Below, one piece after another: positions 1 to 13,000 of a DNA stretch of 64,000 nt. The first letter of the stretch is position 1. The number at the start of each line of letters is the position of its first letter. This stretch comes from Utricularia gibba. Its lineage: Eukaryota > Plantae > Magnoliophyta. Below the pieces are notes generated by a model. That model was given only the letters and a program-made list of their open reading frames with translations, was not told where the DNA came from and made no database searches. The DNA lies in contig CM007990.1 of assembly GCA_002189035.1 (NCBI GenBank), forward strand, positions 2,790,001-2,854,000, given 5' to 3'. Both the position numbers and the translations under genes were made by a program.

Positions 1-89
1 TGCAAGTTAGCCTGAGTGTAAACACCTAGGGTGATAATGAAGTAAGGGTATCATATTACTTCAAATACAACCCATCAGCAATATTATAA

Positions 90-1300
90 TTTCTAGTGAA
101 GGTTCCACTGTAAGCATCCATTATTAGGTAACTAGATTTAAGGCACCTCAAATTCCAGTATAGCTGGATTTAGAGAATGGAACATCTTAGAATCCCCAAA
201 TGAATGCCCTGTACATGTAATATCCAATGGACTGTAATTTCTTTAGATGTCACAAACTAAAGGTTTTCCGTATAAAAAACATTTATATGTTGAATATGCT
301 ATCCACCAGTATTCTACATGAAAATAAATGTAGTAGTAGCAAGTTCAAGTTGATCCACAGAAAGCAATCGATTTTTAATTGCTAGTCTTACTGTAAGCTG
401 GATTTAATAGGGGGTGTGGCAAGTTGTTTGGAAATACGTAAAAATAGGGAAATAAACATTTTTGGTGCACACTACTACCATAGAACAATGTGTAAATCCC
501 TACTCTAATTGAGCTAGATGAAAATAACTGCCAAACATAAACTGAGAAAGAATCTAGCTAACATGATGGCCATGACTTAAGAGCATGCATTAACAAAGGC
601 ATAAGTCAAGCAGTTTCTCAATTTCTCACTATAGTGTTTAAGGTTATTTGTCTCATTTAATGATAAATAAAAACAACTACCTAAAACACACAACTAAAGA
701 AATACATAAAATGTGCAGCCATGAAGTTGAACAAAACTTTTAAAAATAGCTCCAGAAATTCTACTTCCGTAGTTTTATTCAACAATAAGGTTTTCCTAAG
801 AATTGTTCCTTTGAGTAGGTGAATAGCACTCTCTTGCTACTTTAACTCTATCATAGCTTCTTATTTTGCAGCACATAATGGTGGTTTCGCTATCTTGTTC
901 GAGATACCCTATTCGTCTACTATCTCTGTTTTCTCCCCCAAGAGATGCAAAAATTAATAGAATGTAATGAGAAAATGAAACATAATGAAGGTAAAAATAA
1001 CTTTCAAAGGTGATGCAAATGCATCTTTTAAAACAATAGAAAATCACTTATCAACCCTATACCCTTCATGATTGCAAGTGAAGTTCCAACTCTATGAGGT
1101 TTTGCTAAGATCGGGCATGCTTAGCAAATGTTGAATCTTTTTCCAATTAATTCATATTTTGGGCTCCTCCTATGTAGATGGCATTCAATTCAAAATGTTC
1201 TTTGCAAGGTTCCATAAGGCTTCCATCACGATTGTCATGTTCTAGCATAAAACTATGAACTTGGTTTTGGGTGAGGAGTTACTCGTGGCAATTCGTGAAG
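90..1300 (-). pseudogene. Highly degraded Ty3/gypsy gag-protease relic
   Basis: Minus-strand translation near 300-345 gives ILVDS (protease-like), followed by VQGIH and GALNLVT..WMLTVEP resembling gypsy protease C-terminal motifs; many stops. Confidence 0.3.
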
Positions 1301-1641
1301 CATGAGTAGTAGGGGTATGGGTCTCTGGCCAAGCCTTTAGTGAGTGTTGTTCTATTTTCTCTCCCTCCTCAAAGGAGAACTAAGTTGCACTCGTACAAAT
1401 ATAAACTAGTAATTACTTGCATCAAGGAAACTAAGTTGCATTTTTTGATCTTCTAAGAGAACTCAATAAGGTACTAGTCATGTTTTTCTCATGATTCAAA
1501 TAACACGAAACGACTTTTAGTCAACTTGAAGAAAGCGGGAACAAGAAGACCAAGCTTGGTGATCATAAAAACATGAACTTGGAAATTTTTATACACTAAG
1601 GTAAAACCTCATTATCATTCTAGAGAGTCCCTAAACAAGAT

Positions 1642-2172
1642 TGATAAGGGAAAAATCGGCCAAGGGTAATCGGTTCCTAAAAGGCTGCCAAAAGAGATCC
1701 CGAGGGAATAACGCCAGACGACAGATCGACGTCTGTCAGAAATCTGACAGGAATGGCCATATTACACAGCCTGAAAAGCGGCCAAATTACAGCATAACAG
1801 GCGGCCGATATCTAAAAAGCGAGATCGTATAGCAGAAGCAGAAAGCAACCGATGTTTGCAGACACCAGAATTCAGTCAGAGTGAGCTCTCCTATAAATAG
1901 ACGGAATTATGACAAGAAATGGGTTGGACTCAAAAAAGATTTCTTCAAGTTGTATTCTCCATTTTCGCAACCTCCACCTAGTGAAACTCTTTTCCGGCGA
2001 GCTCCGGCAGCTCCGTGGTTTTTCCGCTCTCCGGCGGTTTCCACGTAAAAAATCCCTGTTCACTCTTATTTTAATCGTACTAGCCGTGAAGAAGGTGACT
2101 AAGTGTGGCATTCCCGACCGCGCCTATCACCTAAAATCGGCCTCTCACCGGATACCGATTTCACCCATAACA
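1642..2172 (+). mobile_element. Solo LTR of the Tat/Retand family at 6724-15571 (531 bp)
   Basis: TGATAAGGG...CCCATAACA termini; perfect 5-bp TSD AAGAT (1637-1641, 2173-2177); reverse complement aligns over its length with LTR 6724-7255; TATA box CTATAAATAG at 1891-1900. Confidence 0.95.
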
Positions 2173-3084
2173 AAGATGAACCTAGAAATTTAAGAAAAAC
2201 AATGTTTCCTTATGTTCCAAAGGTTCTCAAATGGTCTTCTTTTCTTTCTTGTTTCTCATATTTATATCTCTATGAAAACAGATTTCTAGATGAAATTTTT
2301 TCCCTTTGTGATACCTTCCATTTTCCAACACATACCTTTGACGCAAGGATATGATTGGTTGAAGTATCAGTTCTTATTGGATAGGATGGCAGTATAGAAA
2401 AAGGTGTGGGTTCTAGGTTCATACATTATTAGGCTTGGACTGCATCTCCCTCATCTAGGATCATTGACATTCCAATAAAACCTCCATAATGAACTTTATA
2501 TTCCGATCGAATTGTAGTGGCCCACTTAGTGAATCGTCCTTCCTTTAGAGCATCTTCAACCGTCGGTGGATAAAACATCATATCACCATTATTAATTGTC
2601 CATCCTCCCCTATTTTTGTCTACCAACCATTGTGAAATCATTTTTTATATATCCGTCTTTTTTAATGCATAAGTCAGATATCTACTAGACAAACACCATT
2701 CAATTCTTCCTTCTCTATTGGCATGATTTTTGCTTCTCCACTTAATAATTGTCTTTTGAGATATACACTTAAGATACTTTGAAACCCTAGCCAGATGCAG
2801 ACAGCCATATTGAAATGGTGATGTTGATTTTAACAATTGGGCTTCTCTTTGATTTCTATCTTATGGCATTTTAGTTCGTAATTACAAAAGAGTTTCATGC
2901 TTTATTACATGTGCTAATGGATCAGTGGTTTCTCATTGATGCAGTAGATTTTGTGCACCCAAGAGACGTTTGGCTACTATTGGAAAAGTGCCTTCTAATA
3001 TTGGATTAGAAGTTTAAGTGAGCTAATTGAGGTAAACTTATAGAATGATGCATGGTAGCCTTTTAGATTTATTATATAAAGAGT

Positions 3085-3465
3085 CATTTTTAGTGTTCAA
3101 GAAAATAATTCATTCTATGAGTAATTGTAAAAAGTTGGTTAAATGACTTATTGGCAGTTTTCTAGATTTGTTTGAATATAGAATAGTTTTAGTTTTCAAG
3201 GGAATCATTCAATTTGTAAGTAGTTGTAGGAAGTTGATTAAATGATTTTTTGTTAGCTTTCTAGAATTGTGTGTATGAAGGAGTAGTTTTGGTTTTATCA
3301 AGTAAATGATTCAATTTGAGAGTGTTTGTAGTAAGTTGATTGAATGATTATTTAGTAGCTTTGTAAACTTGTTTGTGTATGCACGAACAGTTTTAGTTTT
3401 GAAGGAAATGCTTGACTTATTGAATGGTTGTATGAAATTAGTTAAATCATTCTTTTGGTAGCTTA
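3085..3465. repeat. Degenerate ~100-bp tandem repeat, about 4 copies
   Basis: Units start near 3096, 3195, 3297 and 3398, sharing ttcaag..aat.attcaatttg...ttgta..aagttgattaaatga...agcttt.taga.ttgt...tagttttagttt. Confidence 0.7.
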
Positions 3466-3617
3466 GCCTCGGGAGGTAGTATTGTTGATGTGATATACAA
3501 TTACTATATAATTATTTATGGTTCTATATTATCAATACTACTTTGTCACTAGTAGTTTAAGTGAACTATTGGTTGTTTTGTATTTATATTATGATCTTTA
3601 TGTTATCATTATTGTAG

Positions 3618-5800
3618 ATGATTGATCAAAGTGGATTACAATCAAAAAGTTGGACTGAAGATAAAGAACTTCTTCTTGTTTCAGCTTGGTTGAATGCTAG
3701 TATTGACCGTATAAGTGCAAATTCGTAGAAGGTAGACTATTTTTGAGCGAGAGTTGCTGCTTGTTATTTTTGAGCGAAATATCATGATATTGATGCTTTG
3801 AGGAAAAAAATAGAACAACTTAAATTGAGATGTCCAAAAATTGCTAGTTGTTATAGTCAAGTGTAAAGTAGGGCAACAAGCGAAATGAATGAATATGATT
3901 ATAAACGAGAAGCTGCATCCCTGTTCAAGCAACAAAATAGGGAAAGATTTTAGTCATTCAAGTTGTTGGGAAATTTTGAGAAAGGAATCAAGGTAGAAAA
4001 TGATAATATTTTAAATTTATTTATATTAGTTTTCTCACTTATAAACAATATGAATGTTTTTATGACAGTCCATTAATCTCGAAAGTAAGGCAAGAAAAGG
4101 TGTAATGAGAATGAAACAGAGAAAGAAACAGAAACTCTAGAAACACAACATGATGTGCATCCTATGGGTCAAAAAATAACGAAGTGAATGCATAGTGGTG
4201 GTAGTAAGATGCTATTCAATCTCAAACTGGAGTGCGGGATATGTAAAATAAACTTCAAATATTGAAGTAAATTGGGAAACTATGTTCTCTAAAGTTGGAT
4301 GATTGCACATTTAAACAAAGGAACTTGTAGAATGCAGTAATGAATAGGCTACAAGTTATACTGTAATCTCCACCAAATATAAATTATGTTGCTTCAGCAA
4401 CAATATAAGTTGATCATAGACAAGTAGGTGTTGAATATGTTGTAAACTTGTGTATCATATTTATGTACGATAACAAATATGTTTTATGTAGGAAAGAAAC
4501 TTCTTTAATGGACAAGTAATAGATTTTACATTTATAAAATTATAATTTTCATGAAAAAATATGTTGAATAATCAAGATATAAAATATTTTAAAGAAAATG
4601 AATATTTTAAAGCTTCAGAATAGTTTAAAGAAAAGAAATATTTTAAAGTTTTAAAATAATTTACAAATGAAGTATATAAAAGACTATGTGATCCTCTTCG
4701 TTTTGCATTCCTACACCCATATCATATCTCTTTTCATGGATCATGAAAACTTTTCATTTTTCATTCCAATTGCTACGATGGACTTGGAAGGAATAGTTCA
4801 AGCAGGAGGTAATCATATTTTAAATAATTATGCAACTAGTGAAGAAGGATCTAGAAAATATTAAGCATCTCATCGTTATATGGAGTGTAAACTGAAACTA
4901 GTTATGCTAGATTGTATCAAGATTATTTTCTTGATCAATCGACATATAATGAAGACATATTTTAGTGATGATTTAGCATGCAACGTCCTCTATTTCTACT
5001 GATTATTAATGCTCTCCAATACTCTGATCCTTTTTTTCAAGATAAAATTGATGCCTCCAAATGCGTATAGGGGGAGACCATTGCACTCAAGTGCCTTCGT
5101 CATTTTGTTTCAGGCAATGGCTTAAATTTTGAAGCGCAATACATAAGAGCTCCAACCGTAGAGGACATGCAATGTTTACTAAGCTTTGGGTAAACTCATG
5201 GATTTCTTGGTATGCTTAGAAGGGTAGATTGTATGCATTGGTAGTGGAAGAATTATCCTCTTGCATGGCAAGGACTATATTCACGTGGAGACAATTGAAA
5301 ACCAACTCTGATGTTAGAGGAGATTGCTTTTGTTGACACCTAGATGGCGTGCCTTCTTTGGAATGTCATGCTTAAATTATGATTTAAATGTATTATTTCA
5401 TTCTCCTCTATTCCAAGATTTTCATGGTAGTGTTGCTCCAAGAGTTCAATTCTCAATAAATGCTCACATGTATTTTTACACTGTCTCAAGGTTCAAAAGG
5501 AAGGATTATTCTATCCATTAGCAGAATACGGTGAAGGATGTGGAATAAGCTTTTGGTATTTACAAAATCAATTCTATTGTGACAATACCTGCAAGAGTGT
5601 GAGATTGAGACACAATTTTTAAAATATTGCGTATGCATGCATAATACTACACAATATGATTATTGAGGATGAAGATCATACTATTCCTTTTACTAATGGT
5701 GAAGTTGAATATAATAAAGTGAGAATTTAAAAACCAATATTTTATTCCAATGTGCAACTCAACATGAATTCATTTATTCTTCAAGTAACTCAATCTCAAG
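3618..5800 (+). mobile_element. PIF/Harbinger (Pong-like) relic: Myb-like ORF followed by DDE transposase, both pseudogenised
   Basis: WTEDKELLLVSAWLNASID (3650-3710) and FSHSSCWEILRK match Pong ORF1; ARLYQDYF, GFLGMLRRVDCMHW*WKNYPLAWQGLYSRG (5200-5290) and KDVE*AFGILQ (5530-5570) match the Harbinger transposase; many stops, no TIRs found. Confidence 0.85.
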
Positions 5801-6723
5801 ATTACGTTATGCATCATCGACTTAAGGATCATTTAGTTGAATATATTTGAGCTTAGTTTGAGAACCCACGATGAAAATTGTATTTTTCTTCTATATTTTT
5901 ATTAATATATTTTCTTTATGAATTATTCTTATTTTATTAGTAAATTGATTTATATTGTAAGGTTATGGTTATAGTTACAATATCTTATATTGGTTATGAA
6001 CGGGAAGAAAATGTACTTAAATAGAAGGATCCTTTTAATTTTGCATGAGACATTTTTTCTAGAAAGTAAGAATGTAAAGTAGTGAGGGTTGAATATTTGA
6101 AGAGGACAATATTGTGCAAGATGAGGATGATAACACTGTTTTTATTATATTTTTATGTGTATTTAGGTATGTTTTATAAGGTAAAATGTTGTTTCGTATG
6201 CGTAATTGTCTCCTTTTGTGTATTTAATTGGCGGAAATATATTTGTTGCGAAAATAGACCCAATTGGCAATAATTGAGTTCAAAACACTAATGTTTCTTT
6301 TAGTCAGTGCTTAAGTATTAACAGGGTAAAAGTTAAATTAACAACACACTTTCTACGTTGACAAGTCAAAAGAGGATAAAAAAAAAGTGTGGAAAAGCAA
6401 CTTTTAGCCAAAAGTAGTCACTTTCTCAAAAGATAAGATTTGGAATAAAAATCTTCCTTCTAGAAACCCAAGGAAAAAAATGGAGATATCCTTCTTTTGA
6501 ATGGGAAAATAAAAGAGAAAGGAAGAGAGAGAACGAGAGCAGTGAGAGGCGTGAAGCGAGGAGAATAGCAGTTCTCTAATGAACAGTTGTGACCAGCTTC
6601 CAGATCCATGTCTTCAAACCATTTTTCCATCCACAACTTTCAAATTCAACAAACCTACAACTTACAACATCGGCTTAACACTTTTATTTTCATTTTCTGG
6701 CTTTCTATTTCTGACTTTGAATG

Positions 6724-7255
6724 TGTTATGGGTGAAATCGGTATCCGGTGAGAGGCCGATTTTAGGTGATAGGCGCGGTCGGGAATGCCACACTTAGTCA
6801 CCTTCTTCACGGCTAGTATGATTAAAATAAGAGTGCACAGGGATTTTTTTACGTGGAAACCGCCGGAGAGCGGAAAAACCACGGAGCTGCCGGAGCTCGC
6901 CGGAAAAGAGTTTCACTAGGTGGAGGTCACGAAAAAAGAGAATACAACTTGAAGAAATCTTTTTTGAGTCCAACCCCTTTCTCGTCATAATTCTGTCTAT
7001 TTATAAGAGAGCTCACTCTGACCGAATTCTGGTGTCTGTAAACATCGGTTGCTTTCTGCTCCTGCTATACGATCTTGCTTTTCAGGTATCGGCCGCCTGT
7101 TATGCCGTAATTCGGCCGCTTTTCAGGCTGTGTCATATGGCCGTACCTGTCAGATTTCTGACATACGTCGATCTGTCGTCTGGCGTTATCCCCTCGGGAT
7201 CTCTTTTGGCAGCCTTTTGGGAACCGATTACCCTTGGCCGATTTTTCCCTTATCA
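6724..7255 (-). repeat. 3' LTR of Tat element (532 bp)
   Basis: Reads TGATAAGGG...CCCATAACA on the minus strand; same termini as solo LTR 1642-2172. Confidence 0.95.
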
Positions 7256-7267
7256 TTCAGCCCCTCT
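7256..7267 (-). promoter_or_regulatory. Polypurine tract of Tat element
   Basis: AGAGGGGCTGAA on the minus strand immediately 5' of the 3' LTR. Confidence 0.7.
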
Positions 7268-7728
7268 GATTTGCCGATACTAGCCCTTTTCGGGGTAAAT
7301 TGGGGGATCAGAACTACTACAATACCGATTCTTGAGTTGCCGCTTCCCCCGAATAGGCCACATGCCGTTCTCTGCCACGCGTCGGCTCGTTGGCACGCCA
7401 CGTTTTTTCCCACTCATTCTGGGTACTCCAAACGTCACGACGCTTCGTCTCCCTAACCTTTCGCGTATAAATAAGCGCCCTTCGCGTCAGTTCTTTCCTT
7501 TGCGCTTTCTGTTGCCTGCAAGAGTTTTGTGCCCTCCGTGCTCCGTCACACTCGTCCGCCGCTCGATCGTCGCGATATCCGTCGGAAAACGTCAATTTTC
7601 CAGGTATCATTCGGTTCTTCGTCTTTTCCGTTCGGTCTTCTGGGATTTTTGACGGGTTCCCTTGTCGTTCTAAGTCCTTCCCCTTTCCTAACTCCTGCCT
7701 CGTTCTAGGGTTTTGGGCTTCTTTGAAA

Positions 7729-10041
7729 ATGGGTAGAAGATCTAGTGAACTAAACATCCCTTCCCTTCGCATTCGGTACTCGATCCCTGATGAATACCAA
7801 CTTTCTCATGCTCGGGATACTGAAATCCCTTGGGGGGTTGGTAAGGACCCCCTGCCTCCGTTCAGTTTCCCAATTTCACTTGCCTATTTCAAAAGCGGTT
7901 TACGCTTCCCTCTTCACCCTTTAATAGTCCGTTTTCTCTATACTTATCAATTCCGATTTACTGTCTTGCCCCGAATTCCATATTCTGCTTTACCACTTTC
8001 CTTTTCTATTCGGCCGGTATGGATCCGGCTATGACTCTGGTAGACTTCTGTCATCTCTTCAAGATAGCCGTTCGTAAAGCTAAGTCCCCGATGGATGGCC
8101 GATCTCACTTTCAATTCCGCCGATTTGAAGATAACCCCAACTTTGTTGTTAAAGCCTCCGATACCCACCATGATTGGTGGTCTTCTTTCGTTTGGATAGC
8201 TCCCCCTTTGGGTTCTCGGTGGAACTTCCCAGTCGATCCCCCAACTCCTTTCAGGATCAAGATCTTGGGTGCGTATCGGTCTTCTTCCGAATCTCGCGAA
8301 GTCCTTTATGAGAGGCTTAGTCGGGGCTCAGTTCGGTACGAGTCTCGTGCCTTGATGTTCTCGAGTGAGTCGTTGAAAAGATCAAGTATTATCAGTCGTT
8401 CCCGAGACCTCCATTGGCCCGATATCATTCCTTTCGACGGCACCGATTCGAGGAGCCTTCCTCTTAGCCCCTCTTCATCCTTCCCTCTTGTTCCGGCTTC
8501 ACCTCCAATTCCCCCACCTGTTCAAACTAGGGCCCCCAAGAAAAAGAAGAGGGTTAAGACAGTTGCGCACAAACCCTCAAAGAGGCAAAGAGGTAGTCAG
8601 GTTCAGCTCTCCCAAGTTTCAGAATCGGCACTATGCCTTATTGCTTTTCCTTCTTTCGTTTTCAGCTGAAGAGATGGTTCGGAGAAGCTCTCTGGAAGAT
8701 TCGGTGATGGCGCGGTTCTCCGCCAAGATGCAGAGGGCGCAGGAACCCGAGGATCCCTCCCTGCACCAGTCTGTCTCCTATTTAATAGTTACCGCGAATT
8801 CCCGATTATAAACCCCTCCCCTTTTTTTTTTGGTTTTTCTTTCAGGCTGATACGATTGGAGCTCAGTTGGACGCCACTGATCCTTCCTCGGGGGAAGATC
8901 AAGTAGTAGAAGTCTCCGAGACCCGGGAGTTGACTTCCCGTCCTTCAGCCGGGAAAGGGAAAGAGAAACTTCCTCCATCACCCGATCTCAGCGATACTCC
9001 TATCCCCGATGCAAGATTCTTTTCGGCTGGTGCTTCAACATCGGCTCTTCCAATCGAGTTACAGAGGGATTCTACCCTTGTAGAAGTAAGGGATAACCCG
9101 GTGCTTCCTCTACCCTCAGTTCCAGCTGAACTAAGGGGAATCCTGGATAGAGCTATGTCTAATACCTCGGGTGTTCAGCCGGAGACGGTAGTTGAAGGGA
9201 TCTGGCAGGTACGTATCCCGTTTCCTCTTCTAAATTCTAATTAGTCGGTCCTTGACTAGGGATATTCTTTCAGGCTCTGACTCTTGGGTGGGGAATGGTT
9301 AGAGAGGTTGGCTCTCAATCGGAGGAAGTCTCTCGGCTTCGGGCCCAAGTTGTGGCTCAGAGCACCCAGATAAAGTTGTTGGAGGAGGAGGGGAGTTCGC
9401 TGAAAACCGTTTTAGGGAAGCGCAGCCGCCAGGAGGAAGAACTACGAAATGTGATCGAGGAAATGGGAAAGGCGGTTGACGACGCTCAATCGGAGAGAGA
9501 GGGCTTCAAAGTCCGATTTGAGGAGGCAGAAGCGGAGTTAGAGCATGCCAGGGGCCGCATTTCAGCATTGGAGGCCGATTTACTTGATCAGCAAGCATCT
9601 CGGCAGGGTCTTCTGGATGACTTTGTCAATTCGGCCTGTTTTGCCGAACTCTCCGATATCTATGCAGGACATTTAATCGGCTTACTTCTATACCGTCAAA
9701 GACGACATTTCAGCCGGGAATTTGGGCTTTCAATCATGGATCCGCGCTTCGACATGATAAACCCCCTGACGAAGGATGAGAACATGCTTGATGTTATCGC
9801 GGATACCTTCCAGGCCCCGGAGTTCGGGTTCGAAGCTGATCGGGAGCGACTGATTTCGCTAATTCGGGCGAGGATAGGGCGAGAGAATGACGCAAAGTTG
9901 AGGGCAAGGATGGAACGGCATACCGGTTCCTCTGCCAATCCTCCCGATAATCCCCCATCCCCTCCTGTACTTGGGAGTTCCACGCCATCTAATTGTTCCA
10001 GTCGATATGCTCCTTTTCTGATCACCCTTGAAATCCGATAA
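7729..10041 (+). pseudogene. Antisense extra gene of the Tat element (Transposase_28/TRP28-like N-terminus plus coiled coil), spliced, one frameshift
   Basis: GLRFPLHPLIVRFL...(frameshift ~7950)...CLAPNS...DFCHLF...DWWSSFVWI motifs; introns 8593-8665, ~8773-8845 and 9209-9273 join the track ORFs in frame; TATAAATA at 7466-7473. Confidence 0.75.
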
Positions 10042-13000
10042 GGGCCTTCCTAGTTGCGGTCTAATTTCCCGACGTGTCTTTGCGGTTGGACGCTTCGGAG
10101 CACCAAATCTCCCTCATGGAATTCCCTTGGGGATACCGAGTTGTTGTAACTTTTCTCCGTTCTTCTCTGATAAGCCCCTAGTCGGCTATAGATGCTTCAT
10201 CGCTTCTCTTCCAACAGCTCCAATTCCAGTTTTCGGAGTTCAGTATTCTCTTCTTCATTATAATGCTCTACCCGGTAGCTCTTCAAGGTCAGTTCGATAG
10301 GGCATATGGCTTCTGAACCGTAAACCAATAAGAATGGGGACTCCTCCGTGGTGGTTCGAGGGGTGGTGCGATATGACCACAGTACCTCATCTAAGCGATC
10401 TGCCCACGACCCCCCAAAATCTTCGAGCTTAGCTTCATACCTAGTCGGAGCGTTCGGTTCGTTACCTCTGTGAGGCCATTGCTCTGCGGGTGATATACCG
10501 AGGTGAAGTTATGCTTGACCGAATACTTATCCAGGAATGCATCCATTTTTCCTTCGGCGAATTGAGTTCCGTTATCAGTCACTAGTTCTTGAGGGATTCC
10601 GAACCGGATGAAGATGTTTTTCCACAGAAATCGGATAACGGTCTCCTCTGAAATCTTTGCCACGGCTTCAGCCTCTACCCACTTGGAAAAATACTCGACA
10701 CCCACGATGACGAATTTCCTTTGACCCGAGGTGTGGGGAAAAGGCCCATTATATCCACCCCCATCGGTCGAAGGGGCAGGAGAGTGGGAGAGAGGTTAGT
10801 TTGCTTACTAGTTTCCTCGGTATACTTGCATGGTATTGGCACACTTTGCACTTCTTCACCATATCGGTAATATCCTGCTTCATAGTTGGCCAGTAGTAAC
10901 CGGTTCTTAGAACTTTCCGGCATAAGGATCGTATTCCAATATGGCTGCCGCATTCACCCTCATGTAGATCGGTTATGAGTTCTTGAGAATGCTTTGCCCT
11001 GATGCACCTCAATAAGGGTCCATCTAAGGATTTGCGATAGAGAATTCCATTCACTAACGTATACCTCTTCACTCTAGTCTCTAACTGTCGGGCATTCGGC
11101 TTATCAGGTGGGGTTTTCCCATTTTGTAAATACCGGATGTAGGGCATCGTCCAGTCATCAAGGGGACTACGTTGTGGAGAGATATCGTTTCCCGGTTGCT
11201 GTGTGATATGATTTACGGCTCGTAGGCTCACCGAAGGTTGGTCCCGCAACTGAATTGTCACACTTCCTTCCCTTAACTCGTGAAACCCTGCTGCGAATCG
11301 GGCGAGGCTATCTGCGGACCCATTTTTCTCACGTGCTACGTGCGACAGGGTGAACTCCTTGAAGGTTTTAGCCAAGTCCTTCACCTGGGCACAGTACAGA
11401 GCCATGAGGGAGTCATGGGTTTCGTATTCTCCCGAAAACTACCCTTGCACAAGTCGCGAATCGGTGTAAACGTCGAGTTCTGCCACTCCCAGCTCCTTGG
11501 CAATTTTCATTCCCTCAATCAGGGCTTCATATTCGGCCACATTGTTAGAGGCAGGGAATGAGAATTTCACCGTAATATAAATATGCTCTCCTTCTCGGGT
11601 CTTAATGTCTATTCCTCCTCCGGCGCTGTTGTATGTTGAGCCATCCACGTGCATAGCCCATCGGTCGTTGGCTTCCATGAAACGGTCTATAGGCCTGGTC
11701 ATTTCGACCACAAAATCAGCAATAGGTTGGGCCTTGATTGATGTTCTCGACTTAAACTCAATATCCATTGTACTTAATTCAACTGCCCATTTGGCAACCC
11801 TTCCGGAAATCTCTGGACGAGACAGGATGTTCTTCAGAGGCTGACTGGTGAATACCACAATGTGCCGATCTTGGAAATATGACCTCAATTTGGTGGCTGC
11901 CATCTTCAGAGCCAAGATGAATTTCTCTGTCACCGTATAGCGGGTTTTGACCGGTAACAAACCTTTGCTTACATAATACACCGGCGAGTGATTATTTGCC
12001 GAGATTGTTGTCAAGACTGCGCTGACTGTGACGGGCGATATAGACAGATATAGTCCTAAGGGCTCCCCTGCTTTCGGAGCCACAAGAAGCGGGGGTGATG
12101 AGAGGTATTCCGTGAGTTTCTCAAAAGCAATCTGGCAATCCTCGTTCCATTCTAAAGTACTTCCCTTTCGCAAGACCTTGAAGAAGGATGCCGACTTATC
12201 GACTGACTGAGATATGAAACGGCTGAGGGCAACCAATTTACCCGTGAGGCTCTGGTATTCCTTGATTGTTCTCGGGGTCAGCCTTGATTCCTCTCTCCAA
12301 TACGTAATACCCAAGGAATTTTCCACTTTGCACCCCGAAACAACATTTCAATGGGTTGAGCTTTAACCCGTATGATCGACATAAAGAGAAACACGAATCC
12401 AAATACGCTAAATGGTCTTCTTCATTCATAGATTTCACGATCATATCGTCCACATACACCTCCATTGAGGTACTGATTTCAGAAGAGAATATTTTATTTA
12501 CCAACCTCTGGTAAGTCGCCCCAGCGTTCTTCAATCCGAAAGGCATTGCCACGTAGCAGTAAACTCCATCCTTAGTGTAGAAGGTGGTTTTCGGTTGGTC
12601 TTTCTCGACCACGAAAACTTGATGATACCCCGAATAGGCATCCATGGTGCTCAGAAATCGGGATTCGGCAATGGCGTCCACTAGCTTGTCGATCTTTGGC
12701 AAAGGATAAGGGTCCCTTTCGCAGCAGGCGTTGAGGTCGGTGAAGTCAATGCACATCCTCCATTTTCCCCCGGGCTTCGGGACAACAACTGTGTTGGAAA
12801 CCCATTCGGAGTTCTGGATCTCCTTCACATAACCAGCTTCCAAGAGCTCTCTTGTTTTTTCTTTGATAATTCGGCACTTTTCCTCCGAGAAATGTCGTTG
12901 CTTCTGCCGAATCGGTTTTGCCCCCGGGTAGGTATCAATGTGATGTTCGGCGACGGATCGATCAATGCCTACAAAATCCGCAGCAGTCCAGGCAAAAATA

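Noticed and set aside
1641-2354. Short ORFs in the solo LTR, repeated at 6655-7283 and 15114-15447
   Set aside because: They recur only because the LTR is repeated; no protein motifs, and frames differ between copies
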